NCBI RefSeq assembly: GCF_004102945.1
Contig: NZ_CP019384.1
Location: 480,001 to 512,000 of the forward strand
Origin: Candidatus Velamenicoccus archaeovorus
GTDB lineage: Bacteria; Omnitrophota; Gorgyraeia; Velamenicoccales; Velamenicoccaceae
Direction: 5' to 3'
Length of the DNA stretch: 32,000 bases
Made by a program: the position numbers and the translations under genes
The notes under the pieces: model-generated
Databases searched by the model: none
The model's input: only the letters and a program-made list of their open reading frames with translations
What the model was told of the DNA's origin: nothing
Shown: piece by piece, positions 8,839-16,660 of the stretch
Layout: each line of letters begins with the position of its first letter
How positions within the stretch are numbered: position 1 is the first letter of the stretch

Positions 8839-9156
8839 TCAGCTGGAGAAAATCGGCGGGGCGTGAATACAGAAACTCTGCGGAAGGAATGCGCAGTAGA
8901 ATGGTCCTTTATTGCAGTTTTTGCAGGGGAAAGGAACGATGGCGGAAACAGGGTCGGCTTGCACCTCTGCACTCAACCCGTCAAGGAATACCGGCAGAGG
9001 GGCTTTTCCTTCGGCGTCGGTTGTCTTCAAGACAGACCGATTGGTTTCTTTCTCTGTTCCGTCAAGGATGCCTTGTGGCATGAGGAGGCCGGGTTGGAGG
9101 AGCGCCATTAATGCCAGGAAGGAAATCGCCAGACAGAAAAACTTTTTTTGTCTCAT
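8839..9156 (-). CDS. possible small Cys-containing secreted protein
   Basis: An internal ATG gives MRQKKFFCLAISFLALMALL..., which looks like a signal peptide. There is no SD (CCCCCT upstream) and a terminator lies only 12 nt upstream, so expression is doubtful. Confidence 0.25.
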   Translation of the reverse strand: MRQKKFFCLAISFLALMALLQPGLLMPQGILDGTEKETNRSVLKTTDAEGKAPLPVFLDGLSAEVQADPVSAIVPFPCKNCNKGPFYCAFLPQSFCIHAPPIFSS

Positions 9157-9167
9157 AGGGGGTATCC

Positions 9168-9197
9168 AAAAAAATGTCTTGCCTTTACTGGCAAGAC
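9168..9197 (-). terminator. intrinsic terminator on the minus strand
   Basis: GTCTTGCC (9176-9183) pairs with GGCAAGAC (9190-9197) around a 6-nt loop. On the minus strand a run of 7 T follows (the A-run at 9168-9174). Confidence 0.6.
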
Positions 9198-9215
9198 GTC
9201 GTTGTTGCCGTTGGA

Positions 9216-9380
9216 TCACGCGAGTAGCTTGCCACAGAATTCCATATTTGTCAAGGTAGCCGACGGAAGAGTCCAGCGGCACGGCGGCTTCTCGGTCCTG
9301 TTTTTGGCCGCAGGAACAATACAAACAGCTCCCCTATTTTTGGTGTTCAGGATTTTTCTTGCTTCGCTTTTTTTAGCCAT
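9216..9380 (-). CDS. possible 54-aa basic ORF ending just before the minus-strand terminator
   Basis: Translation is MAKKSEARKILNTKNRGAVCIVPAAKNRTEKPPCRW.... The stop lies 18 nt upstream of the terminator stem at 9168-9197. I see no SD and recognise no family. Confidence 0.2.
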   Translation of the reverse strand: MAKKSEARKILNTKNRGAVCIVPAAKNRTEKPPCRWTLPSATLTNMEFCGKLLA

Positions 9381-9407
9381 GCGCGGCGCTTGGAGCAGAT
9401 GTGGCAT

Positions 9408-9436
9408 TTGCGAAAATGCCGTCTCTGAGGTATGAT
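9408..9436 (+). promoter_or_regulatory. candidate sigma70 promoter for the GT4 gene
   Basis: TTGCGA at 9408-9413, 17-nt spacer, TATGAT at 9431-9436. Confidence 0.4.
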
Positions 9437-9488
9437 AAATAAAACAGCCTGTTTCGGCCCTTTTAGTCCATGCATCGCGAAAGATAAT

Positions 9489-10616
9489 ATGAAAATTGCC
9501 GTTTTGGGTATTCGAGGGTTTCCGGATATCCGGGGAAAAATTGAATCTTATTGCGAGAATCTTTATCCGCGTTTGGCCGGCAAAGGATGCCAGGCCGTTG
9601 TTTTCACGCGCCAGCCTTACGTGATAGAACCCCGGAAGGAATACAGGGGCGTTTCCTTGGTTTCTTTGGACTGTCCGAGAGATCAGTATGCCGAAGCCTT
9701 TGTTCATACGCTGAAGGGCGTGCTGGCCGCTCGCAAGCTGAAGCCGGACCTTTTGCATTTTCATTCCATCGGGCCGTCGTTATGCCTGCCTTTGGCGCGC
9801 CTCTTCGGCATGAAGACCGTTATGACACATCACGGTCAGGATTATCAGAGCATGAAATGCGGGAAGTTCGCCAGGATGTTTTTGAAGATGGGGGAGTCCC
9901 TGGGGTGCAGATTCGCCAACGAGGTCATCGCCGTTTCAGGGGCGATCGCAGCTGATATTCTCAAGCATTACGGCAGGACGGCAACGGTCATTCCCTATGG
10001 TGTCGCGGTCCCGCAGGTTTTTCCCGGAGAAACGACACTGGCGCATTTCGCCGTGATGAAACGCAGGTATATTCTCTGCGCAGGCCGATTTGTTCCGGAG
10101 AATGGATTTCATCATGCGATCGAGGCCTTTGCGAGATTCCAGTCTGCGAACGCTTCATCTTTTTATCAGGAGTGGAAACTTGTGATCGCCGGTTGGGCCG
10201 ACCATGAGACCCCATACAGTCAGACATTGATAAAGAAGGCCAGGGAGAACAAGAACGTCGTCCTCGCGGGGTATCTTTCGGGCGCGCGTCTATGGGAATT
10301 ATATGCCCATGCCGGCCTTTTTCTTTTGCCGTCCTATTATGAAGGTCTGCCACTGGCCTTGCTTGAGGCTATGAGTTACGGCCTTTCATGCCTGGTTTCG
10401 GATATCCCGGCCAATAAAGAGTTTGGACTGTCCGAAGACCGCTTTTTTAAGCCGTGGGATGTGGGGACCCTTGTCGAAAAGATCAAGGAATTCGTTGATA
10501 GGCCTATGCCGCAGGAAGCAAGGGATGCACAGGCCAGGCAGGTGATGGAGCGCTATCGCTGGGACAAGATCGTAGAGGAGACTTTTCGTGTTTACGAGAA
10601 AATCCTGAAAACATGA
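9489..10616 (+). CDS. GT4-family (GT-B fold) glycosyltransferase
   Basis: N-terminus MKIAVLGIRGFP.... The C-terminal pattern LLPSYYEGLPLALLEAMSYGLSCLVSDIPAN matches the E-x7-E motif region of retaining GT4 enzymes. The ORF-track start at 9432 adds 19 non-conserved residues. Confidence 0.8.
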   Translation: MKIAVLGIRGFPDIRGKIESYCENLYPRLAGKGCQAVVFTRQPYVIEPRKEYRGVSLVSLDCPRDQYAEAFVHTLKGVLAARKLKPDLLHFHSIGPSLCLPLARLFGMKTVMTHHGQDYQSMKCGKFARMFLKMGESLGCRFANEVIAVSGAIAADILKHYGRTATVIPYGVAVPQVFPGETTLAHFAVMKRRYILCAGRFVPENGFHHAIEAFARFQSANASSFYQEWKLVIAGWADHETPYSQTLIKKARENKNVVLAGYLSGARLWELYAHAGLFLLPSYYEGLPLALLEAMSYGLSCLVSDIPANKEFGLSEDRFFKPWDVGTLVEKIKEFVDRPMPQEARDAQARQVMERYRWDKIVEETFRVYEKILKT

Positions 10617-10634
10617 CGCATACCGTCCTCTTTT

Positions 10635-10764
10635 GGGGCAGGGTTTTGCATGGGGGTTTTCTCTTGAGACAAGGGGCTCTGGTTTTGTTCTCCGGTTGAC
10701 CATGAGGGGCGCATCGGGGGGATGGGGCCCATTTTGTTCCCAAGGGGGCGGCGTTGGACGGGGG
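10635..10764 (+). repeat. cluster of nine G-runs (3-6 G each) on the + strand
   Basis: G-runs at 10635-38, 10641-43, 10652-56, 10673-76, 10706-09, 10716-21, 10724-27, 10744-48 and 10760-64. Confidence 0.8.
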
Positions 10765-10904
10765 AAGGTATAGAATTTTACCCCGCGCCCAGAATGTTCC
10801 GTCTCTAAAGGTTGGGATTGGCGGTGTTCGAAGGCACCGTCGTGGGCATTCGGGCGGGACGCCCTGCCTGTCCGCCTGTCGGGAAGGCGACTGCGGCGGA
10901 ATTT

Positions 10905-11000
10905 CGAAAACAAAGGGGCCGCGGATCGCCCGCCTGCTTGTCCGGCCTTGCCCGAAGGGCAGGCCGAGACAAGCGAGCAGGCAAGGCCGTGGGGCTCCAC
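10905..11000. repeat. GC-rich long hairpin, repeat copy E2 (inverted relative to E1)
   Basis: The core GCCTGCTTGTCCGGCCTTGCCC-GAA-GGGCAGGCCGAGACAAGCGAGCAGGC (10932-10982) matches the reverse complement of 78-136, apart from a shorter apex and two substitutions. The flanks show weaker similarity. Confidence 0.7.
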
Positions 11001-11014
11001 AAAAGGATCGAAGG

Positions 11015-12376
11015 ATGAGAAGCCGCATCTCCGAAGAAACAGCCCTTGTTTATACCGTCATCAAATGGATTGTCCTTGCTGTTTCTGTCGGCATTATCGT
11101 TGGTGTGTCCACAGCCGTTTTCCTCCATCTGCTCCAGGCTTCAGTGGCATGGATGCACGAACGGCCGCATTATTTCGTTCTCATGCCTCTGGCGTTTTTC
11201 CTGAGCGCCTTCATGATCAGAATGTTGGCTCCTGACGCCGAAGGACATGGAACCGAGAAGGTCATCGAGGCCGTCCACAAACATGCCGGTAAAATCAAGG
11301 CGTCTGTCGTTCCCGTAAAACTGATCGCGACGATCATGACCATCGCGTCGGGTGGTTCGGCGGGCAAGGAGGGGCCGTGCGCACAAATTGGGGCGGGTTT
11401 GGCTGCAATCTTTGCGCGGTTGATCAGGTTGGATGATTACGATCGCAAGAAGCTCGTTATCTGCGGTATCAGCGCCGGTTTCGCCTCTGTTTTCGGGACA
11501 CCTATTGCCGGCGCCATCTTTGGCGTGGAAGTCCTTTTTGTGGGGAGCATCCTCTATGACGTTATCCTGCCGTCTTTCGTCGCCGGGATCGTGAGTTTTA
11601 ATGTTTCTTCTTCTCTCGGCGTCGAATATTTCCATGGGGCCTTGAATTTTATTCCTGTTTTTGACAAGGCCACTTTTTTTCAGGTGGTGGCCGCGGGTAT
11701 TTTTTTTGGGTTGTGTTCTTTTTTCCTTGTCGAAGTCCTTAATTTCGGCCGTCGTCTGGCGCAGAGGATCGACTGGTGGCCGCCCCTCAAGGGGCTTCTG
11801 GGCGGCGCCGCCATGATCGTCCTTGCCCTTGTTTTTTCCGGGGATTATCTTGGGCTGGGCCTGTATACGATACAAGGGTGCCTGTCGGGCGAACACGTGC
11901 CGTGGTATGCCTTTATTGTCAAGGCGGTCGCGACCAGCGTCACGCTCAATTTCGGGGGCAGCGGGGGGATCGTCACGCCTCTCTTTTTCATCGGGGCGAC
12001 GGCAGGGGATTGGTTCGCCCATGTTTTTAATCTGAATGTTCCGATGTTTGCGGCCATCGGTTTGGTGAGCGTTTTGGCCGGAGCAGCCAACACGCCTATC
12101 GCCGCCAGCATCATGGCCATGGAGTTGTTCGATGCCAGGCTTGCACCTTTTGCCGCGGTCGCCTGCGTGATCAGTTTTTTCATTACAGGACACAGAAGCG
12201 TTTATCCTTCGCAGATCCTTGGCATGAGGAAATCCAGACATCTGGATGTCAAGCTCGGCGAAGAAATAGAAGACGTCAAGACGGTGATCGGCCGGGAGGA
12301 AAGAGAGATCGTTAAGTTTTTGCGGCGCTATGCCGGTTTTTTCAAGAAAAAAGAAGGGGGTCCAGGGAAGCAGTAG
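11015..12376 (+). CDS. ClC-family chloride channel or Cl-/H+ antiporter, short form without CBS domains
   Basis: GGSAGKEGPCAQIGAG carries the GKEGP motif. GTPIAGAIFGVE and GGSGGIVTPLFFIGA are also present, the latter a GxFxP-type motif with Val in place of Phe. About 10 or more hydrophobic helices. ATG at 11015 follows AAAAGGATCGAAGG. The ORF-track start at 10754 runs through repeat and non-coding sequence. Confidence 0.85.
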   Translation: MRSRISEETALVYTVIKWIVLAVSVGIIVGVSTAVFLHLLQASVAWMHERPHYFVLMPLAFFLSAFMIRMLAPDAEGHGTEKVIEAVHKHAGKIKASVVPVKLIATIMTIASGGSAGKEGPCAQIGAGLAAIFARLIRLDDYDRKKLVICGISAGFASVFGTPIAGAIFGVEVLFVGSILYDVILPSFVAGIVSFNVSSSLGVEYFHGALNFIPVFDKATFFQVVAAGIFFGLCSFFLVEVLNFGRRLAQRIDWWPPLKGLLGGAAMIVLALVFSGDYLGLGLYTIQGCLSGEHVPWYAFIVKAVATSVTLNFGGSGGIVTPLFFIGATAGDWFAHVFNLNVPMFAAIGLVSVLAGAANTPIAASIMAMELFDARLAPFAAVACVISFFITGHRSVYPSQILGMRKSRHLDVKLGEEIEDVKTVIGREEREIVKFLRRYAGFFKKKEGGPGKQ

Positions 12377-12403
12377 TACGGCCTGTGATTGGGGATGTCG
12401 GAG

Positions 12404-12436
12404 AGGCAGCTGGTCATTTATCGGCTGCCTTTTTTC
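12404..12436 (+). terminator. intrinsic terminator for the ClC gene, embedded in the 3' end of the convergent GT2 gene
   Basis: AGGCAGC (12404-12410) pairs with GCTGCCT (12424-12430) and TTTTTT follows at 12431-12436. Confidence 0.55.
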
Positions 12437-14066
12437 TTTCCTTCTCTGTTACCCAGAATTCGAGTCTTTTGGCTAGGGCGAGGCGCGTCTGGGCGTCCAA
12501 AGCAGGCATGCCGCTCAAGAAGATCATGATAAAAGGGACGGATAACCATTCCAGGGCCTGTCCCATTTTTGTCCAAAAGGTGTTTTTTGCAGGATTTTTT
12601 GGCAGCAGCAGCAAGCTGAGGATGATGCAGTTGAGCAGTCCGATGCTGGCGAGGCTGAAGATTGTTGTCGTGATGCGCGGACCGGTATAGTAAAGCACTG
12701 TGTGGCTGAATTCCCGTCCCGCAAACAGGGTCGGGAGCCAGCCGATAAAGGTCAAAAGGAACGGCCAGGTGGCCCAGGAAATGTGGCCTTCGAAAAGCTT
12801 GAAGCTGTGCCGCAGTTTTTGCCGCAAGGGTATCGTCGGCGATCCCAGAAAGGCACGCATGAGGATCGGGAAGTTTTCAACGCCCCAGGCCCAGCGCCTT
12901 TTTTGTTTATAGACATTGACCAGTGTTTTTCTCCACGTCTTGGCCTGGGTGATGTCCATCGAGAGGGTTGTTGCCAGGGGGATGACGCGATAGCGGCCGT
13001 CATAATGGATATAGGATTTCCAGAAGATAGCGGAGTCGTCCGAGATCATATCCACAGGCCAGTATCCGACGTCGACGAGGGCTTGGAAACTCATGCTATG
13101 GCTCGAAAAAGTGACGAGTTGTTCGGGGTTCGTCGCTTCGATCAGCTGGAAAAAGGAAGAACCGATGTCTAAGACGCGCGCGAAAGCCGGGGCCTCCCAG
13201 ATGTTGTTATGGTAGACGGGGATAGGTTGGTAGCTGGCTTGAGTGCGGTTGGGGGTGACGATGTAGCTGTAGGTGAGGCAGTTGAAATAGTCCGGGTTGA
13301 CTATCGTGTCGGCGTCAAAACAGGAGACGATGACGTTTTCAAAAGGGATGTTTTTCTCCGTGAAGAATCCCACCGCGACCTTTGCGGCAAATGTTGCATT
13401 GGCCCCTTTGACGCGCGCCTCGCCTGCAATGCCGTCCGGATGGAGGGTGACGAGGAATTCCAGGAAGCGTCCGCGATATTCGGCGGCAAGCCTTTGGGCG
13501 GCGTCCCGGATTTCAGGGGAGGAGCGCTCTTCTACGGCCAGGACGACCAGGATCCGCCGCGAAGGGAATGCCCCTTCAGAGAGGCTTTTGATGCCGGGTT
13601 CCACAATGTCCCGCGATTCGCGGACAACAGGCATGATGACAAGTTGGTAAATATCGTCGTAGGACGGCACGGTTTGGCCGCTGTTTTTCAGTTCTGCGAG
13701 TTCCCGCCGGTTGATGACCTCCGAGATAATCTCAGGCAACTTGTTCCCGCTGGACGCCGCCTGGGGCCGGCGCAGAGACCTGTCGATATCCCGCGTGTCG
13801 TCGATGCGTTTAAGCCAATCTGTTTTTCGTTCCCACGAGAGACGCGCATAAGAAAGGGCCAGAAAAATATTCATGTAGAACAGCCTGAGGATCCAATAAA
13901 GATCGAAGGCGATGATCAGGGCTGCGGCAACAAGGGGTTCCCAGAGGGATAGCAGGATGAAGCCCAGAAGGATACCCCAGCTTGTGGCTCCGGGAAGGAT
14001 TTCAAAGAAACGCTGAAGGGTGCGTTGGCGGCGGTCCAGGTTGCAGCGGCTGTAGGTGAATATCAT
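12414..14066 (-). CDS. membrane-embedded processive family-2 glycosyltransferase (cellulose/chitin/PNAG-synthase-like)
   Basis: Two N-terminal and about four C-terminal TMs flank a GT-A domain. The domain contains VVLAVEERS, CFDADT, the acidic motif ISDDS and the processive-synthase motif QKRRWAWG (QxxRW). Confidence 0.8.
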   Translation of the reverse strand: MIFTYSRCNLDRRQRTLQRFFEILPGATSWGILLGFILLSLWEPLVAAALIIAFDLYWILRLFYMNIFLALSYARLSWERKTDWLKRIDDTRDIDRSLRRPQAASSGNKLPEIISEVINRRELAELKNSGQTVPSYDDIYQLVIMPVVRESRDIVEPGIKSLSEGAFPSRRILVVLAVEERSSPEIRDAAQRLAAEYRGRFLEFLVTLHPDGIAGEARVKGANATFAAKVAVGFFTEKNIPFENVIVSCFDADTIVNPDYFNCLTYSYIVTPNRTQASYQPIPVYHNNIWEAPAFARVLDIGSSFFQLIEATNPEQLVTFSSHSMSFQALVDVGYWPVDMISDDSAIFWKSYIHYDGRYRVIPLATTLSMDITQAKTWRKTLVNVYKQKRRWAWGVENFPILMRAFLGSPTIPLRQKLRHSFKLFEGHISWATWPFLLTFIGWLPTLFAGREFSHTVLYYTGPRITTTIFSLASIGLLNCIILSLLLLPKNPAKNTFWTKMGQALEWLSVPFIMIFLSGMPALDAQTRLALAKRLEFWVTEKERKKAADK

Positions 14067-15547
14067 GTTCCCTCTTGGTTTTCCGTAGATTCCGCCTGCG
14101 GTAAAGCGGCAGGGGCATTGCCCGAGACGATGTCGAGCGCCTCAAGCCCTTCTTTTTTGGCATCCAGGTAATAGAGGGTTCCTGTTTCTTCAGAATAGAA
14201 AATATTCGTGTTATTTTTGACCTGGACGAGGAATTCGATGTGCGGGGGGCCTTGCGGCACGAGCTCGGCAAGGAATATTTTATCGGCATCCCTGAAAAGG
14301 ATGTGGGAGCCTTCATAGACCCAGAGGCACTGTTTGATATCTCTGCCTGCTTCAAAGATGTATTGCACGACAGAACCGTTTGAAAAAGGATCGTTGTCCG
14401 GGTTGTCGTTCAGGAATTCTACGGTGCCGATTTTATTCTTCGTCCAGAAGAGAAGGCGGTCTCTCTGGTCGTCAAATGAGATGCCTCGGCATCCACGGTC
14501 GCATATCCTGTGGGGCAAATGGTTCGTCATAAGCTGCCCTTCGTTTCCCAGAAAGACAAACGTCCCCGGCATGAGTGGGCGGATCTCATAGATACCCTTG
14601 GGATCAAAGATGGATGCGCTCAAGGGTGCGTCTGAAAGGATGATTTCCGTGGCGGTTTTGTCCTGGTTCATGCGCAAAAGGACCCCTTCTTGCGAGAGGA
14701 TATAGAGTTTTCTGTCTTTGGCCCCGAACCCGCGTATGTTTTCCACATATTCTGGATAAATCGCTCCTGTTTGGGGTTTGATCATATCGATTTGGCCTTT
14801 GTGGAGGGAATAGATCGTTGACGTATCGTTGGGATCCAAAAAGAACCTTTCGGGGGGCCGGATGACGATCGCAGAAATGTCCGCAAGGGAATCTTTAGCT
14901 GGCAGGAGAAGGAGATATTTTATTTCTTTTTGGAGGATGAGAGTCAGGACGGCCTGCGGGTTGTCTTGGATCGTCATCAGATCCTGGAGTCTGGCGTCGG
15001 CATAGAGAAAGATCTTGCTGGCAAGGGGTTCCGTGTTTATCTCGCTGCCGTCGAAGAGGTAGTCGTCTTTGAACGTATGGCCTTTGACGAGGATGCAGCT
15101 TGGCGTGCCTTCCAGCGGTATGATGTTGACGAAGGCCTGCGTGCTGGCCGTCCGCGGCATCAGGATCTTCGGCAGAAGAAGGACCTTATCGAAAAGAACC
15201 GCCTTGCCGGCGCTTACATAGAAACTTTGAGACCATGGTCTGTATCGGTTCAGGAAGACGCGCAGGTTGTATCGACCGGGCAGCAGTTCCGAGAGGATGG
15301 CTGGGGAACGCTGGATATAGCGGCTGGGTCCTAAATAGATGGAGGCGCCGGAGGGATAGGTGTTGATGGAGACGAGCCCCGTTTGGACGAGTTTCTGTTC
15401 ATGCGGCCGGATGATGAAACCAAAGGCATAAAAGAGGACAAGAGGGCATAAGATGAAGTAGAGGATAAGAAAAAAATAAAAAGATGCCCTGCGGATTCCT
15501 GGCAGCGTCAACTTTCCGGCTATTTTTTCCAACAGGTTCTTTTGCAT
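14063..15547 (-). CDS. PEGA-domain membrane-anchored protein with a large, probably beta-rich extracytoplasmic domain
   Basis: An N-terminal TM (FYFFLILYFILCPLVLFYAF) is followed by a PEGA-like segment, SINTYPSGASIYLG...LLPGRYNLRVFLNRYRPW. Its stop overlaps the GT2 start in an ATGA (14063-14066). Confidence 0.6.
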   Translation of the reverse strand: MQKNLLEKIAGKLTLPGIRRASFYFFLILYFILCPLVLFYAFGFIIRPHEQKLVQTGLVSINTYPSGASIYLGPSRYIQRSPAILSELLPGRYNLRVFLNRYRPWSQSFYVSAGKAVLFDKVLLLPKILMPRTASTQAFVNIIPLEGTPSCILVKGHTFKDDYLFDGSEINTEPLASKIFLYADARLQDLMTIQDNPQAVLTLILQKEIKYLLLLPAKDSLADISAIVIRPPERFFLDPNDTSTIYSLHKGQIDMIKPQTGAIYPEYVENIRGFGAKDRKLYILSQEGVLLRMNQDKTATEIILSDAPLSASIFDPKGIYEIRPLMPGTFVFLGNEGQLMTNHLPHRICDRGCRGISFDDQRDRLLFWTKNKIGTVEFLNDNPDNDPFSNGSVVQYIFEAGRDIKQCLWVYEGSHILFRDADKIFLAELVPQGPPHIEFLVQVKNNTNIFYSEETGTLYYLDAKKEGLEALDIVSGNAPAALPQAESTENQEGT

Positions 15548-15887
15548 CGTTTTTCATCCAGGGCGGACTGATGATATTTTACATTTAAGCCGGATAAGGA
15601 AGCAAGGATTATTGTCGGAAGCCGGAGAGCGCTGTCACCCTCTTTCTCTTCGGCATCTTCCTGGGTCTTGCGGACCCATGGGGCATCCTGCGAAGTTTTA
15701 CGGGGTGGGCATGGGGACATTTCGTCGTCCTTTCCGTTTGACTTTTTTTAGAGGTTGACGTAAACTGGGGCCGGATGGTAAAAAGAGAGACGCTTTTGAC
15801 TGTCTTTGGCACGATTTATTTAAGGTAAGGCAACTCTTCGCAGTCAGGAGGGTTGCCTTTTTTATCTAACGGGTCGAGGGGGCGGTT

Positions 15888-16232
15888 ATGAGCAAAACCG
15901 TACTTGCTGTTCTGATTTTTGCCGTGGGCATGATATGCGTAACGTCGGGATGCGCCAAGAGGGTTGTCTCAAGCGCCAAGGCGATCAAAAAGTCGGAAAC
16001 GATGTCGACGACCGACCAGAAGGCTGTTTATCTCGTCGGCCAGGCGAAGGCATTCCTGAATTCCAACAACTACAGGGAGGCGATCAAGACGTCTCAATAC
16101 GTTCTTGCCGGCGTCGACAGAAATTCCAAAGAAGCCCGGGCGATCCTGGAAAAAGCCAAGCAGGGGCTTTCCGAAGAGGCCGATGACATGATGGAAGACG
16201 TGAAAAGATCCAGGAAGGCCGCAGCCAAATGA
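15888..16232 (+). CDS. small lipoprotein
   Basis: Signal peptide with a lipobox (MICVTSG-C). The mature part is helical and charged. Confidence 0.6.
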   Translation: MSKTVLAVLIFAVGMICVTSGCAKRVVSSAKAIKKSETMSTTDQKAVYLVGQAKAFLNSNNYREAIKTSQYVLAGVDRNSKEARAILEKAKQGLSEEADDMMEDVKRSRKAAAK

Positions 16233-16322
16233 GGTCCGGCGCTTGTTTTTAGGATGGGTTTTTATGAATTTTCCTGTTGAGAGGACCCTGTACAGCCGTC
16301 TTGAAAAAATAGAAAAAACCTC

Positions 16323-16368
16323 TTGACATATCTATCTATTTATCGTAATATTTGGATAAAACGATAAA
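16323..16368 (+). promoter_or_regulatory. near-consensus sigma70 promoter with an overlapping 8-bp inverted repeat (probable ArsR-type operator)
   Basis: TTGACA at 16323-16328, 17-nt spacer, TAATAT at 16346-16351. TTTATCGT (16339-16346) and ACGATAAA (16361-16368) form a perfect inverted repeat spanning the -10 box and the start site. Confidence 0.6.
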
Positions 16369-16376
16369 GGAGATCC

Positions 16377-16637
16377 ATGATGAACGAACAGTCTGCTAGT
16401 GAATTGTTGAAAGCGATGGGACATCCAGTGCGTCTGCGGATCCTCAAAGGGCTTATCCGCCACGGCTGCAATGTCGGCAGGATCGTCGCGGCGCTCGGCT
16501 TGCCGCAGTCCACCGTCTCTCAGCACCTGTCGATCCTGCGCAAGTGCGGCGTCATCGCGCCCCAGAAGAAGGGCGTCAAGACCTGCTACGAGGTCGTGGA
16601 TGCGCGCGCGCGAAAGATCGTGGGCGTGCTTGCTTGA
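16377..16637 (+). CDS. ArsR/SmtB-family winged-helix transcriptional repressor
   Basis: The pattern LLKAMGHPVRLRILKGL...GRIVAALGLPQSTVSQHLSILRKCGVI is a canonical ArsR HTH. AAAGGAG SD at 16366-16372. Confidence 0.85.
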   Translation: MMNEQSASELLKAMGHPVRLRILKGLIRHGCNVGRIVAALGLPQSTVSQHLSILRKCGVIAPQKKGVKTCYEVVDARARKIVGVLA

Positions 16638-16660
16638 TAGCGCCGCAAAGGAGCTTTCCC

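Noticed and set aside
8715-9324. The minus-strand ORFs 8839-9324 and 8224-8745 are in the same frame, which suggested a selenocysteine or read-through TGA joining them to ptsN.
   Set aside because: The TGA at 8839-8841 is immediately followed by an in-frame TAG (8836-8838). The upstream part has no family resemblance.
9216-9380. The 54-aa MAKK... ORF as ribosomal protein L33 or another small ribosomal protein.
   Set aside because: Only the basic N-terminus and a KNRTEKP string resemble L33. The Cys/zinc-ribbon pattern and the C-terminal conserved residues are missing in every frame.
10617-11014. Fluoride (crcB-motif) riboswitch upstream of the ClC gene.
   Set aside because: I could not find the conserved GGnGAUGG...CCGCC...GAUGAUnCCUAC pattern. 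The ClC has the canonical GKEGP motif and not the CLC-F-type substitutions, although its GIVTP motif is slightly unusual.
10754-11014. N-terminal extensions proposed by the ORF track for ClC (start 10754), the RND exporter (16544), HtpX (24219), the GT4 (9432), AmtB (28631) and others.
   Set aside because: The extensions start at non-ATG codons without an SD. They are Arg/Gly/Pro-rich translations of GC-rich non-coding or upstream-gene sequence. Each gene has an internal ATG with a good SD and a sensible N-terminus, either a signal peptide or a conserved start.
11141-12241. Long antisense ORFs opposite well-supported genes, for example 11141-12241(-), 19972-21234(-), 7316-8083(-), 16586-17464(-), 17516-18298(-), 25602-26318(-), 13209-13952(+) and 22958-23704(+).
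   Set aside because: Their translations are low-complexity and rich in Arg, Gly, Pro, His and Asp, with no motifs. They mirror the codon structure of the real gene on the opposite strand.
15827-15864. A hairpin (AAGGCAAC/GTTGCCTT, 17-nt loop containing CAGGAGG) followed by a T-run, 24 nt before the lipoprotein start. It was considered as an attenuator.
   Set aside because: The large loop makes it a weak terminator. It may be just a 5' stabilising hairpin of the lipoprotein mRNA. No alternative structure or leader peptide is evident.
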